Shown one piece after another: positions 1-16,300 of a stretch of DNA of 64,000 nt. A program made the translations under genes and the position numbers. Every line of letters starts with the position of its first letter. Positions within the stretch are counted from its first letter, which is position 1. Origin of the DNA: the human T2T-CHM13v2.0 reference genome, Homo sapiens; NCBI RefSeq assembly GCF_009914755.1, contig NC_060933.1, one strand, 5' to 3'. The notes under the pieces were generated by a model. That model saw only the letters and a program-made list of their open reading frames with translations, was not told the origin of the DNA and searched no databases.

Positions 1-3000
1 TGGAATGGAATAGAATGGAATGAACCCGTGTGAAATGCAATGGAATGGAATGGAATGCAATGGAATGGAATGGGTTCAACTCGAATAGAATGGAAAGGAA
101 TGGAATCAACCCGAGTGGAATGGCATGGAACGGAATGAAATGGAATGGAATGGAATGGAATGGAATGAAATGGAATGGAATGGAATGGAATGGAATGGAA
201 TGGAATGGAATGGAAGGGAATGGAATGGAATGGAATGGAATGGAATTAACCCGAATGGAATGGAATGGAATGGAATGGTACGGAATAGAATGGAATGGAA
301 CGAAATGGAATGGAATGGAATGGAATGGAACAGAATGGAATGGAATCAACTCGATTGCAATGTAATGTAATGGAATGGAATGGAATGGAATTAACTCGAA
401 TAGAATGGAACAGAATGGAATGGAATGGAATGGAATCAATCTGAGTGCAGGGGAATGGAATGGAATGGAATGCAATGGAATGGAATGGAATGGAATGCAA
501 TGGAATCAACTCGATTGCAATGGGATGGAATGGAATGGAAAGGAATGGAATTAACCTGAACAGAATGGAATGGAATGGAATGGAAAGGAACGGAACGGAA
601 TGGAATGGAATGGAATGGAATGGAATGGAATGGAATGGAATGCAATGCAATGGAATGGGATCAACCCGAGTGCAGGGGAATGGAATGGAATGGAATGCAA
701 TGGAATGGAGTCATCCGGAATGGAATGAAATGGAATGGAATGCAATGGAAAGGAATCAATCAACCCGAGTGCAATAGAATGCAGTGGAAAGGAATGGAAT
801 GGAATGGAAAGTACCCGAATGGAATGGAATGAAATGGAGTGTAAGGGAATTAAAAAGAATCAATCCGAATGTAATGGAATGGAATGGAACGGAATGGAAT
901 GGAATGGAATGGAATCAACTCGATATCAATGGAATGGAATGGAAAGGAATGGAATGGAATGAAAGGGAATGAATTGGAATGGAATGAAATTAACCCGAAC
1001 AGAATGGATTGGAATGGAATGGAATGGAATGGAATGGAATAGAATGGAATCAACCCGAGTGCAGGGGAATGGAAAGGAATGGAATGCAATGGAATGGAAT
1101 CATACGGATTGGAATGGAATGGAATGGAATGGAATGGATTCAACCCGAATGGAATGGAAAGGAATGGAATCAACCCGAGTGGAATGGCATGGAATGGAGT
1201 GGAATGGAATGGAATGGAATGGTATGGAATAGAATGGAATGGAACGAAGTGGAATGCAATGGAATGGAATGGAACGGAATGGAATGGAATGGAATGGAAT
1301 CAACCTGAGTGCAATGGAATGGAGTGGAATGGAATGTAATAGAATGGAAACAGCCCGAATGGAATGGAATGTAATGGAGTGTAAGGGAATTGAGTGCAAT
1401 CAATCCGAATGTAATGGAATGGAATGGAACGGAATGGAATGGAAAGGAATGCAGTGGAATGGAATCATACCTAGTGCAATGCAATGGAATGGAATGGAAT
1501 GGAAAGGAATGGAATGGAAGGGAATGGAATGGATTGGATTCAACCCAAATGGAATGGAAAGGAATGGAATCAACCCGAGTGGAATGGCATTGAATGGAAT
1601 GGAATGAAATGGAATGGAATGGAATGGTACGGAATAGAATGGAATGGAACGAAATGGAATGGAATGGAATGGAATGGAACGGAATGGAATGGAATCAACT
1701 CGATTGCAATGTAATGTAATGGAATGGAACGGAATGGAATTAAGGCGAATAGAATGGAACGGAATGGAATGGAATGGAATGGAATGGAAAGGAATCAACT
1801 CGATTGAAATGGAATGGAATGGAATGGAATGGAATGGAATGGAATGGAATGGAATGGAATTAACCCTAATAAAATGGAATGGAATGGAATGGAATGCAAT
1901 GGAATGGAAGGGAATGGAATGGAATGGAATGGAATGGAATGGAATGGAATGGAATTAACCCGAATAGAATGGAATGGAATGGAATGGAATGGAATGGAAT
2001 GGAATGGAATGGAATGGAATGGAATGGAATGTAATCAACTCGATTTCAATGGAATGGAATGGAAAGGAATGGAATGGAATGAAAGGTAATGGAATGGAAT
2101 GGAATGAAATTAACCCGAATAGAATGGAATGGAAAGGAATGGAATGGAATGGAATGGAATGGAATGGAATGGAATGGAATGGAATGGAATCCACCCGAGT
2201 GCAGGGGAATGGAATGGAATGGAATGCAATGGAATGGAATGCAATGGAATGGAATGGAATGGAATGGAATGGAATGGAATGGAATGGATTCAACCCGAAT
2301 GGAATCAACCAGAGTGGAATGGCATGGAATGGAGTGGAATGGAATGAAATGGAATGGAATGGAATCAACCTGAGTGCAAAGAAATGGATTGGAATGGAAT
2401 GTAATGGAATGGAAACAACCCGAATGGAATAGAATGTAATGCAGTGTAAGGGAATTGAGTACAATCAATCCGAATGTAATGGAATGGAACGGAACGGAAT
2501 GGAATGGAATGGAATGGAATGGAATGCAGTGGAATGGAATCATACCTAGTGCAATGGAGTGGAATGGAATGGAATGGAATGGAATGGAATGGAATGGAAT
2601 GGAATAGATTGGATTCAACCCAAATGGAATGGAAAGAAATGGAATCAACCCGAGTGGAATGGCATGGAATGGAATGGAATGAAAAGGAATGGAATGGAAT
2701 GGTGCGGAATAGAATGGAATGGAACGAAATGGAATGGAATGGAATGGAATGGAACGGAATGGAATGGAATCAACTCGATTGCAATGTAATGGAATGGAAT
2801 GGAATGGAATGGAATTAACGCGAATAGAATGGAACGGAATGGAATGGAATGGAATGGAATGGAATCAATCTGAGTGCAGGGGAATGGAATGGATTGGAAT
2901 GCAATGGAATGGAATGGAATGGAATGCAATGGAATCAACTCGATTGCAATGGGATGGAATGGAATGGAATGGAATGGAATTAACCTGAACAGAATGGAAG

Positions 3001-5044
3001 GGAATGGAATGGAATGAAACGGAATGGAATGGAATGGAATGGAACTTAATGGAATGGAATGGAATGGAATGGAATGGAATGGAATGGAATGAACCCGTGT
3101 GCAATGGAATGGAATGGAATGGAATGGAATGGAATGGGTTCAACTCGAATAGAATGGAAAGGAATGGAATCAACCGGAGTGGAATGGCATGGAACGGAAT
3201 GAAATGGAATGGAATGGAATGGAATGGAATGAAATGGAATGGAATGGAATGGAATGGAATGAAATGGAATGGAATGGAATGGAATGAAATGGAATGGAAT
3301 GGAATGGAATTTAATCAACTCGAGTGCAATGTAATGGAATGGAATGGAATGGAATGGAATGGAATGGATTCAACCCGAATGGAATGGAAAGGAATGGAAT
3401 AAACCCGAGTGGAATGGCACGGAATGGAGTGGAATGGAATGGAATGGAATGGAATGGTATGGAAGAGAATGGAATGGAACGAAATGGAATGGAATGGAAT
3501 TGAATGGAATGGAATGGAATGGAATGGAATGGAATGAACCCGTGTGCAATGGAATGGAATGGAATGGAATGGAATGGATTCAACTCGAATGGAATGGAAA
3601 GGAATGGAATCAACCCGAGTGGAATGGCATGGAATGGAATGGAATGGAATGGTACGGAGTAGAATGGAATGGAACGAAATGGAATGGAATGGAATGGAAT
3701 GGAATGGAATGGAATGGAATGGAATCAACCCGAGTGCAGGGGAATGGAATGGAATGGAAGGAAATGGAATGGAATCATCCAGAAATGAATGGAATGGAAT
3801 GGAATGGAATGGAATGGAATGGAATCAACTCGATTGAAATGGAATGGAATGGAATTGAATGGAATGGAATGGAATGGAATGGAATGGAATTAACCCTAAT
3901 AGAAAGGAATGGAATGGAATGGAATGGAATGGAAGGGAATGGAATGGAATGGAATGGAATGGAATTAACCCGAATAGAAAGGAATGGAATGGAATGGAAT
4001 GGAATAGAATGGAATGGAATGGAATGGAATGGACTGGAATCAACTCGATTTCAATGGAATGGAATGGAAAGGAATGGATTGGAATAAAAGGGAATGGAAT
4101 GGAATGGAATGAAATTAACCCGAATAGAATGGAATGGAATGGAATGGAATGGAATGGAATAGAATGGAATCCAACCGAGTGCAGGGGAATGGAATGGAAT
4201 GGAATGCAATGGAATGGAATCATACGGAATGGAATGGAACGAAATGGAATGGATTCAACCCGAATGGAATGGAAAGGAATGGAATCAACCCGAGTGAAAT
4301 GGCATGGAAGGGAATGGAATGGAATGAATGGTACGGAATAGAATGGAATGGAACTAAATGGAATAGAATGGAATGGAATGCAATGGAATGGAATGGAATG
4401 GAATAGAATGGAATGAACCCATGTGGAATGGAATGGAATGGAATGGGTTCAACTCGAATAGAATGGAAAGGAATGGAATCAACCCGAGTGGAATGGCATG
4501 GAACGGAATGAAATGGAATGGAATGGAATGGAATGGAATGAAATGGAATGGAATGGAATGGAATGAAATGGAATGGAATGGAATGGAATGGAATCAACCC
4601 GAGTGCAATGTAATGGAATTGAATGGAATGGAATGGAGTGGAATGGAATGGAATGGATTCAACCCGAATGGAATGGAAACGAATGGAATAACCCCGAGTG
4701 GAATGGCATGGAATGGAGTGGAATGGAATGGAATGGAATGGAATGGTACGGAAAAGAATGGAATGGAAAGAAATGGAATGGAATGGAATGGAATGGAATG
4801 GAATGGAATGGAATGGAATGGAATGGAATGAACCCGTGTGCAATGGAATGGAATCGAATGGAATGGAATGGAATGGAATGGATTCAACTCGAATGGAATG
4901 GAAAGGAAGAGAATCAACCCGAGTGGAATGGCATGGAATGGAATGGAATGGAATGGAATGGAATGGAATGGAATGGAATGGAATGGAACGGAATGGAATG
5001 GAATGGAATGGAATGGAACGGAATGGAATGCAATGGAATGGAAT

Positions 5045-7200
5045 GGAATGGAATGGAATGCAATGGAATGGGATTAACCCGAGTGCAGGGGAATGGAAAG
5101 TAATGGAATGCAATGGAATGGAATCATCCGCAATGGAATAGAATGGAATGGAATGCAATGGAATGGAATCAATCAACCCGAGTTCAATAGAATGCAGTGG
5201 AATGGAATGGAATGGAATGGAAAGTACCCGAATGCAATGGAATGTAATGGAGTGTAAGGGAATTAAAAAGAATCAATCCGAATGTAATGGAATGGAATGG
5301 AAAGGTATGGAAAGGAATTGAATGGAATGGAAAGGAATGAAACTGAATGGCATGGAATGGAATGGAATCAACCCGAGTGCAATGGAATGGAATGGAATGG
5401 AATGGAATGGAAAGGAATGGAATGGATTCACCCCGAATGGAATGGAAAGGAATGGAATAAACCCGAGTGAAATGGCATGGAAGGGAATGGAATAGAATGG
5501 AATAGTACGGAATAGAATGGAATGGAAGGAAATGGAATGGAATGGAATGGAATGGATTGGAATGGAATGGAATGGAATGGAATGGAATGAACCCGTGTGC
5601 AATGGAATGGAATGGAATGGAATGGAATGGGTTCAACCCGAATGGAATGGAAAGGAATGGTATCAACCCGATTGGAATGGAATTTAATGGAATGGAATGG
5701 AATGGAATGCAGTGAAATGGAATCAAACCTAGTGCAATGGAATGGAATGGAATGGAATGGATTAGATTCAACCCAAATGGAATGGAAAGCAATGGAATCA
5801 ACCCGAGTGGAATGGCATGGAATGGAATGGAATGGAATGGAATGGAATGGTACGGAATAGAATGGAATGGAACGAAATGGAATGGAATGGAATGGAATGG
5901 AATGGAATGGAATGGAATGGAATGGAATCAACCCGAGTGCAGGGGAATGGAATGGAATGGAAGGCAATGGAAGGGAATCATCCGGAATTGAATGGAATGG
6001 AATGGAATGGAATGGAATGGAATGGAATGGAATGGAATGGAATGAACTCGATTGAAATGGAATGGAATGGAATGGAATGGAATGGAATGGAATGGATTGG
6101 ATTCAACCCAAATGGAAGGGAAAGCAATGGAATCAACCCGAGTGGAATGGAATGGAATGGAATGGAATGGAATGGAATGGAATGGAATGGAATGGCACGG
6201 AATAGAATGGAATGGAACGAAATGGAATGGAATGGAATGGAATGGAACGGAATGGAATGGAATCAACTCGATTGCAAACGAATATAATGTAATGGAATGG
6301 AATGGAATTAACGCGAATACAATGGAATGGAATGTAATGGAACCGAATGGAATGGAATGGAATGGAATGGAATGGAATGGAATCAATCTGAGTGCAGGGG
6401 AATGGAATGGAATGGAATGCAATGGAATGGAGTGGAATGGAAAGCAAGGGAATCAACTCGATTGCAATGAGATGGAATGGAATGGAATGGAATGGATGGG
6501 AATGGAATGGAATGGAATTAACCTGAACAGAATGGAATGGAATAGAATGGAACGGAATGGAATGGAATGGAATGGAATGGAATGGAATGGAATGGAATGG
6601 AATGCAATGGAATGGGATCAACACGAGGGCAGGGGAATGGAATGGAATGGAATGCAATGGAATGGAATCATCCGCAATGGAATAGAATGGAATGGAATGC
6701 AATGGAATGGAATCAATCAACCCGAGTGCAATAGAATGCAGTGGAATGGAATGGAATGGAATGGAAAGTACCCGAATGGAATGGAATGTAATGGAGTGTA
6801 AGGGAATTAAAAAGAATCAATCCGAATGTAATGGAATGGAATGGAACGGTATGGAATGGAATTGAATGGAATGGAAAGGAATGAAATTGAATGGCATGGA
6901 ATGGAATGGAATCAACCCGAGTGCAATGGAATGGAATGGAATGGAATGGAATGGAATGGAATGGAATGGAATGGAATGCATTCACCCCGAATGGAATGGA
7001 AAGGAATGGAATAAACCCGAGTGAAATGGCATGGAAGGGAATGGAAGGGAATGGAATAGTACGGAATAGAATGGAATGGAAGGAAATGGAATGGAATGGA
7101 ATGGAATGGATTGGAATGGAATGGAATGGAATGGAATGGAATGGAATGGAATGAATCCGTGTGCAATGGAATGGAATGGAATGGAATGGAATGGGTTCAA
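5045..7200 (+). repeat. Diverged pair of about 0.6-kb blocks (about 5,045-5,640 and 6,600-7,200), offset about 1.55 kb
   Basis: Both blocks share rare variants in the same order: CATCCGCAATGGAATAG, ATCAATCAACCCG (5,168 and 6,712), TTCACCCCGA, AATAGTACGG and GGAAGGAAATGG. Confidence 0.75.
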
Positions 7201-10200
7201 CTCGAATGGAATGGAGAGGAATGGTATCAACCCGAGTGGAATGGCATGGAATGGAATGGAATGGAATGGAATGGAATGGAATGGAATGGAATGAAACGGA
7301 ATGGAATGGAATGGAATGGAATGGAATCAACCCGAGTGCAATGTAGTGGAATTGAATGGAATGGAATGGAATGGATTCAACCCGAATGGAATGAAAAGGA
7401 ATGGAATAAACCCGAGTGGAATGGCACGGAATGGAGTGGAATGGAATGGAATGGAATGGAATGGTACGAAAGAGAATGGAATGGAAAGATATGTAATGGA
7501 ATGGAATGGAATGGAATGGAATGGAAAGGAATGGAATGGAATCAACCCGAGTGCAGGGGAATGGAATGGAATGGAAGGCAATGGAATGGAATCATCCGGA
7601 ATTGAATGGAATGGAATGGAATCAACTCGATTGCAATGGAATGGAATGGAATGGAATAGAATGGAATGGGTTCAACTCGAATGGAATGGAAAGGAATGGA
7701 ATCAACCCGAGTGGAACGGCATGGAATGGAATGGAATGGAATGGAATGGAATGGAATGGAATGGAATGGAATGGAATGGAATCAACCCGAGTGCAATGTA
7801 ATGGAATTGGATGGAATGGAATGGAATGGAATGGAATGGATTCAACCCGAATGGAATGGAAATGAATGGAATAAACCCGAGTGGGATGGCATGGAATGCA
7901 AAGGAATGGAATGGAATGGTACGGAATAGAATGGAAAAGAACGAAATGGAATGGAATGGAATGGAATGGAATGGAATGGAATGGAATGGAATCAACCCTA
8001 GTGCAATGTAATGGAATTGAGTGGAATGGAATGGAATGGAATGGATTCAACCCGAATGGAATGGAAAGGAATGGAATAAACCCGAGTGGAATGGCATGGA
8101 GTGGAGTGGAATGGAATGGAATGGAATGGAATGGAATGGAATAGAAAGGAATCCACCCGAGTGCAGGGGAATGGAATGGAATGGAATGCAATGGAATGGA
8201 ATCATACGGAATAGAATGGAATGGAATGGAATGGAATCAACCCGATTGCAATGGAATGGAGTGGAATGGAATGGAATGGAATGGAAACAACCCAAATGGA
8301 ATGGAATGTAATGGAGTGTAAGGGAATTGAATAGAATCAATACGAATGTAATGGAAAGGAATGGAACGGAATGGAATGCAATGGAATGGAATGCAATGCA
8401 ATGGAATGGGATCAACCAGAGTGTAATGGAATGGAATCGAAAGGAATGGAATGGAATGGAATGGTTTCAACCCGAATGGAATGGAAAGGAATGGAATCAT
8501 CCCGAGTGGAATGGAATGGAATGGAATGGAATGGAATGGAATGGAATGGAATGGAATGGAATGGAATGGAATGCTGTGGAATGTAATCAAACCTAGTGCA
8601 ATGGAAAGGAATGGAATTGAATGGAATGGAATGGATTGGATTCAAACCAAATGGAATGGAAAGCAATGAAATCAACCCGAGTGGAATGGCATGGAATGGA
8701 ATGGAATGGAATGGAATGGAATGGAATCAATTCGATTGCAATGGAATGGAATGAAATGGAATGGAATGGGTTCAACTCGAATGGAATGGAAAGGAATGGA
8801 ATCAACCCGAGTGGAATGGCATGGAATGGAATGCAATGGAATGGAATGGAATGAAATGGAATGGAATGGAATGCAATGGAATCAACCCGAGTGCTATGTA
8901 ATGGAATTGAATGGAATGGAATGGAATGGAATGGAATGGATTCAACCCGAATGGAATGGAAAGGAATGAAATAAACCCGAGTGGAATGGCATGGAATGGA
9001 GTGGAATGGAATGGAATGGAATGGAATGGAGTGGAATGGTACGGAATAGAATGGAATGGAACGAAATGTAATGTAATGTAATGTAATGGAATGGAATGGA
9101 ATGAACCCGTGTGCAATGCAATGGAATGGAATGGAATGGAATGGAATGGAATGGGTTCAACTCGAATGGAACGGAAAGGAATGGAATCAACCCGAGTGGA
9201 ATGGCATGGAATGGAATGGAAAGAAATGGAATGGAATGGAATGGAATGGTACGGAATAGAACGGAATGAAACGAAATGGAATGGAATGGAATGGAATGGA
9301 ATGGAATGGAATGGAATGGAATGGAATGGAAAGGAATGGAATGGAATCAACCCGAGTGCAGGGGAATGGAATGGAATGGAAGGCAATGGAATGCAATAAT
9401 CCGGAATTGAATGGAATGGAATGGAATGGAATGGAATCAACTCGATTGCAATGGAATGTAATGGAATGGAATGGAATGGAATTAACCCTAATAGAATGGA
9501 ATGGAATGGAATGGAATGGAATGGAATGGAATCAATCGGAATAGAATGGAATGGAATGGAATGGAATGGAACGGAATGGAATGGAATGGAATGAAATGGA
9601 ATCAACTCGATTTCAATGGAATGGAATGGAATGGAATGGAATGGAATGGAATGGAATGGAATAGAATGGAATGAAATTAACCCGAATAGAATGGAATGGA
9701 ATGGAATGGAATGGAATGGAATGGAATAGAGTGGAATGGAATGGAATGGAATAGAATGGAATCCACCCGAGTGCATGGGAATGGAATGGAATGGAATGCA
9801 ATGGAATGGAATCATACGGAATGGAATGGAATGGAATGGAATGGAATCAACCCGACTGCAATGGAATGGAGTGGAATGGAATGGAATGGAATGGAAACAA
9901 CCCGAATGGAATGGAATGTAATGGAGTGTAAGGGAATTGAATACAATCAATACGAATGTAATGGAATGGAATGGAACGGAATGGAATGGAATGGAATGGA
10001 ATGCAGTGGAATGGAATCAAACCTAGTGCCATGGAATGGAATGCAATGGAATGGAATGGAATGGAATGGAATGGAATGGAATGGAATGGAATGGATTCAA
10101 CCCTAATGGTATGGAAAGCAATGGAATCAACCCGAGTGGAATGGCATGGAACAGAATGGAATGGAAAGGTATGGAATAGAATGGAATGGAAAGAAATGGA

Positions 10201-10310
10201 ATGGAATGGAATGGAATGGAACGGAATGGAATGGAAAGAAATGGAATGGAATGGAATGGAATAGAATGGAATGGAACGAAATGGAATGGAATGGAACGGA
10301 ATGGAATGGA

Positions 10311-13300
10311 ATCAATCCGAGTGGAATAGAAGGGAATGCAATCGAGTAGAATGGAAAGGAATGGAATCAACCAGAGTGGAATGGAAGGGAATGGAATGGA
10401 ATGGAAACTAATAAAATGGAATCAACACGAGTGGAATGGAATGGAAAGGACTTGAATGGAATGGAATGGAATGGAATGGAATCAAGTCGATTGCAATGGA
10501 ATGTAATGGAATGGAATGGAATGGAATTAATGCGAAGAGAATAGATTGGAATGGAATGGAACGGAATGGAATGGAATGGAATGGAATGGAATGGAATCAA
10601 ACTGAGTGCAGGGGAATGGAATGGAATGGAATGGAATAGAATGGAATGGAATGGAAGGGAATGGAATGGAATGGAATTAACCTGAACAGAATGGAATGGA
10701 ATGGAATGGAACGGAATGGAATGGAATGGAATGGAATGGAATCCACCCGAGTTCAGGGGAATGGAATGGAATGGAATGCAATGGAATGGAATCAATCAAC
10801 CCGAGTGCAATAGAATGCAGCGGAATGGAATGGAATGGAATGGAAAGTACCCGAATGGAATGGAATGTAATGGAGTGTAAGGAAATTAAAAAGAATCAAT
10901 ACGAATGTAATTGAATGGAATGGAACGGAATAGAATGGAATGGAATGGAATGGAATGGAATGAAATGGAATGGCATGGAATGGAATGGAATGGCATGGAA
11001 TGGAATGGAATCAACCCGAGTGCAATGGAATGGAATCGAATGGAATGGAAGGGAATGGAATGGACTGAACCCGAATGGAATGGAAAGGAATGGAATAAAC
11101 CCGAGTGGAATGGCATGGAATGGAATGGAATGGAATGGAATGGTACGCAATAGAATGGAAAAGAAGGAAATGGAATGGAATGTAATGGAATGGAATGAAC
11201 CCGTGTGCAATGGAATGGAATGGAATGGAATGGAATGGAATGGGTTCAACTCGAAAGGAATGGAAAGGAATGGAATCAACCCGAGTGGAATGGCATGGAA
11301 TGGAATGGAATGGAATGGTATGGAATGGAATGGAATGGAATGGAATGGAATGGAATGGAATGAAATGGAATGGAATGGAATGGAATGGAATCAACCCGAG
11401 TGTAATGTAATGGAATCGAATGGAATGGAATAGAATGGAATGGATTCAACCCAAATGGAATGGAAAGGAATGGAATCAACCCGAGTGGAATGGCATGGAA
11501 TGGACTGGAATGGAATGGAATGGAATGGAATGGTACGGAATAGAATGGAATGGAACGAAATGGAATGGAATGGAAAGGAATGGAATGGAATGGAATGGAA
11601 TGGAATGGAATGGAATGAACCCGTGTGCAATGGAATGGAATCGAATGGAATGGAAAGGATACAACACGAATGGAATGGAAAGGAATGAAATCAACCCGAG
11701 TGGAATGGCATGGACTGGAATGGAATGGAATGGCATGGAATGGAATGGAATTGAATGGTACGGAATAGAATCGAATGGAACGAAATGGAATGGAATGGAA
11801 TGGAATGGAATGGAATGGAATGGAATGGAAACAACCCGAGTGCATGGTAATGGAATGGAATGTAAGGCAATGGAATGGAATCATCGGGAATGGAATGGAA
11901 TGGAATGGAATGGAATGGAATGGAATCAACTCGATTGCAAAGGAATGGAATGGAATGGAATGGAATGGAATGGAATGGAATTAACCCGAATAGAATCGAA
12001 TGTAATGGAATGGAATGTAATGGAATGGAATGGAATGGAAGGGAATGGAATGTAATGGAATGGAATGGAATTAACCCCAATAGAATGGAATGGAACGGAA
12101 AGGAAGGGAATGGAATGGAATGTAATCAACTCGAGTGCAGGGGAATGCAATGGAAAGGAATGAAATGGAATGGAGTCATTCGGAATGGAAGGGAATGGAA
12201 TGGAATCAACCAGAGTGCAATGGAATGGAGTGGAATGTAATGGAATAGAATGGAAACAACACGAATGGAATAGAATGTAATGGAGTGTAAGGGAATTGAA
12301 TAGAATCAATCCGAATGTAATGGAATGGAACGGAAAGGAATGGAATGGAATGGAACGGAATGGAATGGAATGAAATGGAATGGCATGGAATGGAATGGAA
12401 TCAACCCGATTTCAATGGAATTGAATGGAATGGAATGGAATGGAATGGAATCAACTCGATGGCAATGGAATGGAATGGAATGGATTGGAATGGAATGTAA
12501 TGGAATGGAATGGAATTAACCCTAATGGAATGGAATGGAATGGAATAGAATGGAATGGAAGGGAATGGAATGGAATGGAATGGAATGGAATGGAATTAAC
12601 CCGAATAGAATGGAATGGAATGGAATGGAATGGAATGGAATGGAATGGAATCAACTCGATTTCAATGGAATGGAATGGAATGGAATGCAATGGAAGGGAA
12701 TGGAATGGAATGGAATGAAATTAACCCGAATAGAATGGAATGGAATGGAATGGAATGGAATGGCATGGAATGGAATGGAATGGAATGGAATGGAATCCAC
12801 CCGAGTGCAGGGGAATGGAATGGAAGGGAATGCAATGGAATGGAATCATACGGAATGGAATGGAATGGAATGTAATGCAATGGAATGGAATGGAATCAAC
12901 CCGACTGCAATGGAATGGAGTGGAATGGAATGGAATGGAATGGAAACAACCCGAATGGAATGGAATGTAATGGAGAGTAAGGGAATTGAATAGAATCAAT
13001 ACGAATGTAATGGAATGGAATGGAACGGAATGGAATGCAATGGAATGGAATGGAATGCAATGGAATGGGATCAACCCGAGTGAAATGGAATGGAATCGAA
13101 AGGAATGGAATGGAATGGAATGGTTTCAACCCGAATGGAATGGAAAGGAATGGAATCAACCCGAGTGGAATGCAATGGAATGGAATGGAATGGAATGGGT
13201 TCAACTCGAATGGAATGGAAAGGAATGGAATCAACCCGAGTGGAATGGCATGGAATGGAATGGAATGGAAGGGAATGGAATGGAATGGAATTAACCTGAA

Positions 13301-16300
13301 CCGAATGGAAGGGAATGGAATGGAACGGAAAAGAATGGAATGGAATGGAATGGAATGGAATGGAATGCAATGGAATGGGATCAACCCGAGTACAGGGGAA
13401 TGGAATGCAATGGAATGCAATGGAATGGAATCATCCGGAATGGATTGGAATGGAATGGAATGCAATGGAATGGAATCAATCAACCCGAGTGCAATAGAAT
13501 GCAGTGGAATGGAATGGAATGGTATGGAAACTACCCGAATGGAATAGAATGTAATGGAGTGTAAGGGAATTAAAAAGAATCAATCCGAATGTAATGGAAT
13601 TGAATGGAACGGAATGGAATGGAATGGAATGGAATGGAATGGAATGGAATGGAATTAACCCAAATAGAATGGAAAGGAATGGAATGGAATGGAATGGAAC
13701 GGAATAGAATGGAATGGAACTAAATGGAATGGAATGAAATGGAATGGAATGGAATGGAATGGAATGAAATCAACCCGAGTGCAGGGGAATGGAATGGAAT
13801 TGAAGGCAATGGAATGGAATCATCCGGAATTGAATGGAATGCAATGGAATCAACTGGATTGCAATGGAATGGAATGGAATGGAATGGAATGGAATGGAAT
13901 GGAATGGAATGGAATGGAATGGAATTAACCTGAATAGAATGGAATTGAATGGAATGGAATGGAATGGAAGTAAAAGGAATGGAATGTAATGAACCCGAGT
14001 GCAGGGGAATGGAATGGAATGGAATGCAATGGAATGGAGTCATCCGGAATGGAACAGAAAGGAATGGAATGGAATCAACCCGTGTGCAATGGAATGGAAA
14101 GGAATGGAATGGAATGGAATGGAATGGAATGGAATGGAATCAACCCGAATGGAATGGAAAGGAAGGGAATCAACCCAAGTGGAATGGCATGGAATGGAAT
14201 GGAATGGAATGGAATGGAGTGGTACCAAATAGAATGGAATGGAACGAAATGGAATAGAATGGAATGGAGTGGTATGGAAACAACCCGAATGGAATGGAAC
14301 GAAATGGAGTGTAAGGGAATTGAATACAATCAATCCGAATGTAATGGAATGGAATGGAACGGAATGGAATGGAATGGAATGGAATGCAGTGGAATGGAAT
14401 CAAACCTAGTGCAATGGAATGGAATGGAATGGAATGGAATGGAATGGAATGGAATGGAATGGATTCAACCCAAAAGGAATGGAAAGCAATGGAATCAACC
14501 CGAGTGGAATGGCATGGAATGGAATGGAACGGAATGGAATGGAATGGAATGGAATGGAATGGAATGGTACGGAATAGAATGGAATGGAACGAAATGGAAT
14601 GGAATGGTATGGAATGGAACGGAAAGGAATGGAATCAACTCGATTGCAATGGAAAGCAATGGAATGGAATGGAATGAAATTAAAGCGAATAGAATGAAAT
14701 GGAATGGAATGGAACGGAATGGAATGGAATGGAATGGAATGGAATCGAATGGAATCAACCTGAGTGCAGGCGAATGGAATGGAATGGAATGCAATAGAAT
14801 GTAATGGCATGGAATGCAATGGAATCAACTCGATTGCAATGGAATGGAATGGAATGGAATGGAAGGGAAAGGAATGGAATGGAATTAACCTGAACAGAAT
14901 GGAATGGAATGGAATGGAACGGAATGGAATGGAATGGAATGGAATGGAATGGAATGGAATGGAATGAACCCGTGTGCAATGGAATGGAATGGAATGGAAT
15001 GGAATGGAATGGAATGGAATGGAATGGAATGGAATTGAATTAACCCGAGTGCAGTGTAATGGAATCGAATGGAATGGAATGGAATGGAATGGATTCAACA
15101 CGAATGGAATGGAAAGGAATGGAATAAACCCGTGTGGAATGGCATGGAATGGAGTGGAATGGAATGAAATGTAATGGAATGGAATGGAATGGAATCAACC
15201 CGAGTGCATTGTAATGGAATCGAATGGAATGGAATGGAATGGATTCAACCCGAATGGAATGGAAAGGAATGGAATAAACCCGAGTGGAATGGCATGGAAT
15301 GGAGTGGAATGGAATGGAATGGAATGGAATGGAATGGTACGGAATAGAATGGGGTGGAACGAAATGGAATGGAATGGAATGGAATGGAATGGAATGGAAT
15401 GGAATGAACACGTGTGCAATGGAATGGAGTCGAATGGAATGGAATGGATTGGAATGGATTTAACTCGAATGGAAAGGAAAGGAATGCAATCAACGCGAGT
15501 GGAATGGCATGGAATGAAATGGAATGGAATGGAATGGAATGGTACAGAATAGAATGGAAAGGAACGAAATGGAATGGAATGGAATCATTCCGAGTGGAAT
15601 AGAAGGGAATGTTTTCGAGTGGAATGAAAAGGAATGGAATCAACCAGAGTGGAATGGAATGGAATCGAATGGAATGGAAAGGAATAGAATGGAATCAACC
15701 CGAGTGGAATGGAATGGAAAGGACTGGAATGGAATGGAATGGAATGCAATGGAATCAACTCGATTGCAATGGAATGGAATTGAATGGAATGGAATGGAAT
15801 GGAATGCAATTATCCCGAATAGAATGGAATTGAATGGAATGGAAAGGAATGGAATGGAATAGAATGGAAAGGAATCACCCCAAGTGCAGGGGAATTTAAC
15901 GGAATGGAATGCAGTGGAATGGAATCATCCGGAATGGAATGGAATGGAATGGAATGGAACGGAATGGAATGGAATCAACTCGATTTCAATGGAATGGAAT
16001 GGAATGGAATGGAATGGCATGGAATGCATGGAATGGAATGGAATGGAATGGAATGGAATGGAATTAACCCAAATAGAATGGAATGGAATGGAATGGAATC
16101 AACTCGATTTCAATGGAATGGAATGGAATGGAATGGAATGGAATGGAATGGAATGGAATGGAATAGAATGGAATCCACCCGAGTGCAGGGGAATGGAATG
16201 GAATAGAATGCAATGGAATGGAATCATACGGAATGGAATGGAATGGAATGGAATGGAATGGAATGGAAACAACCCGAATGGAATGGAATGTGATGGAGTG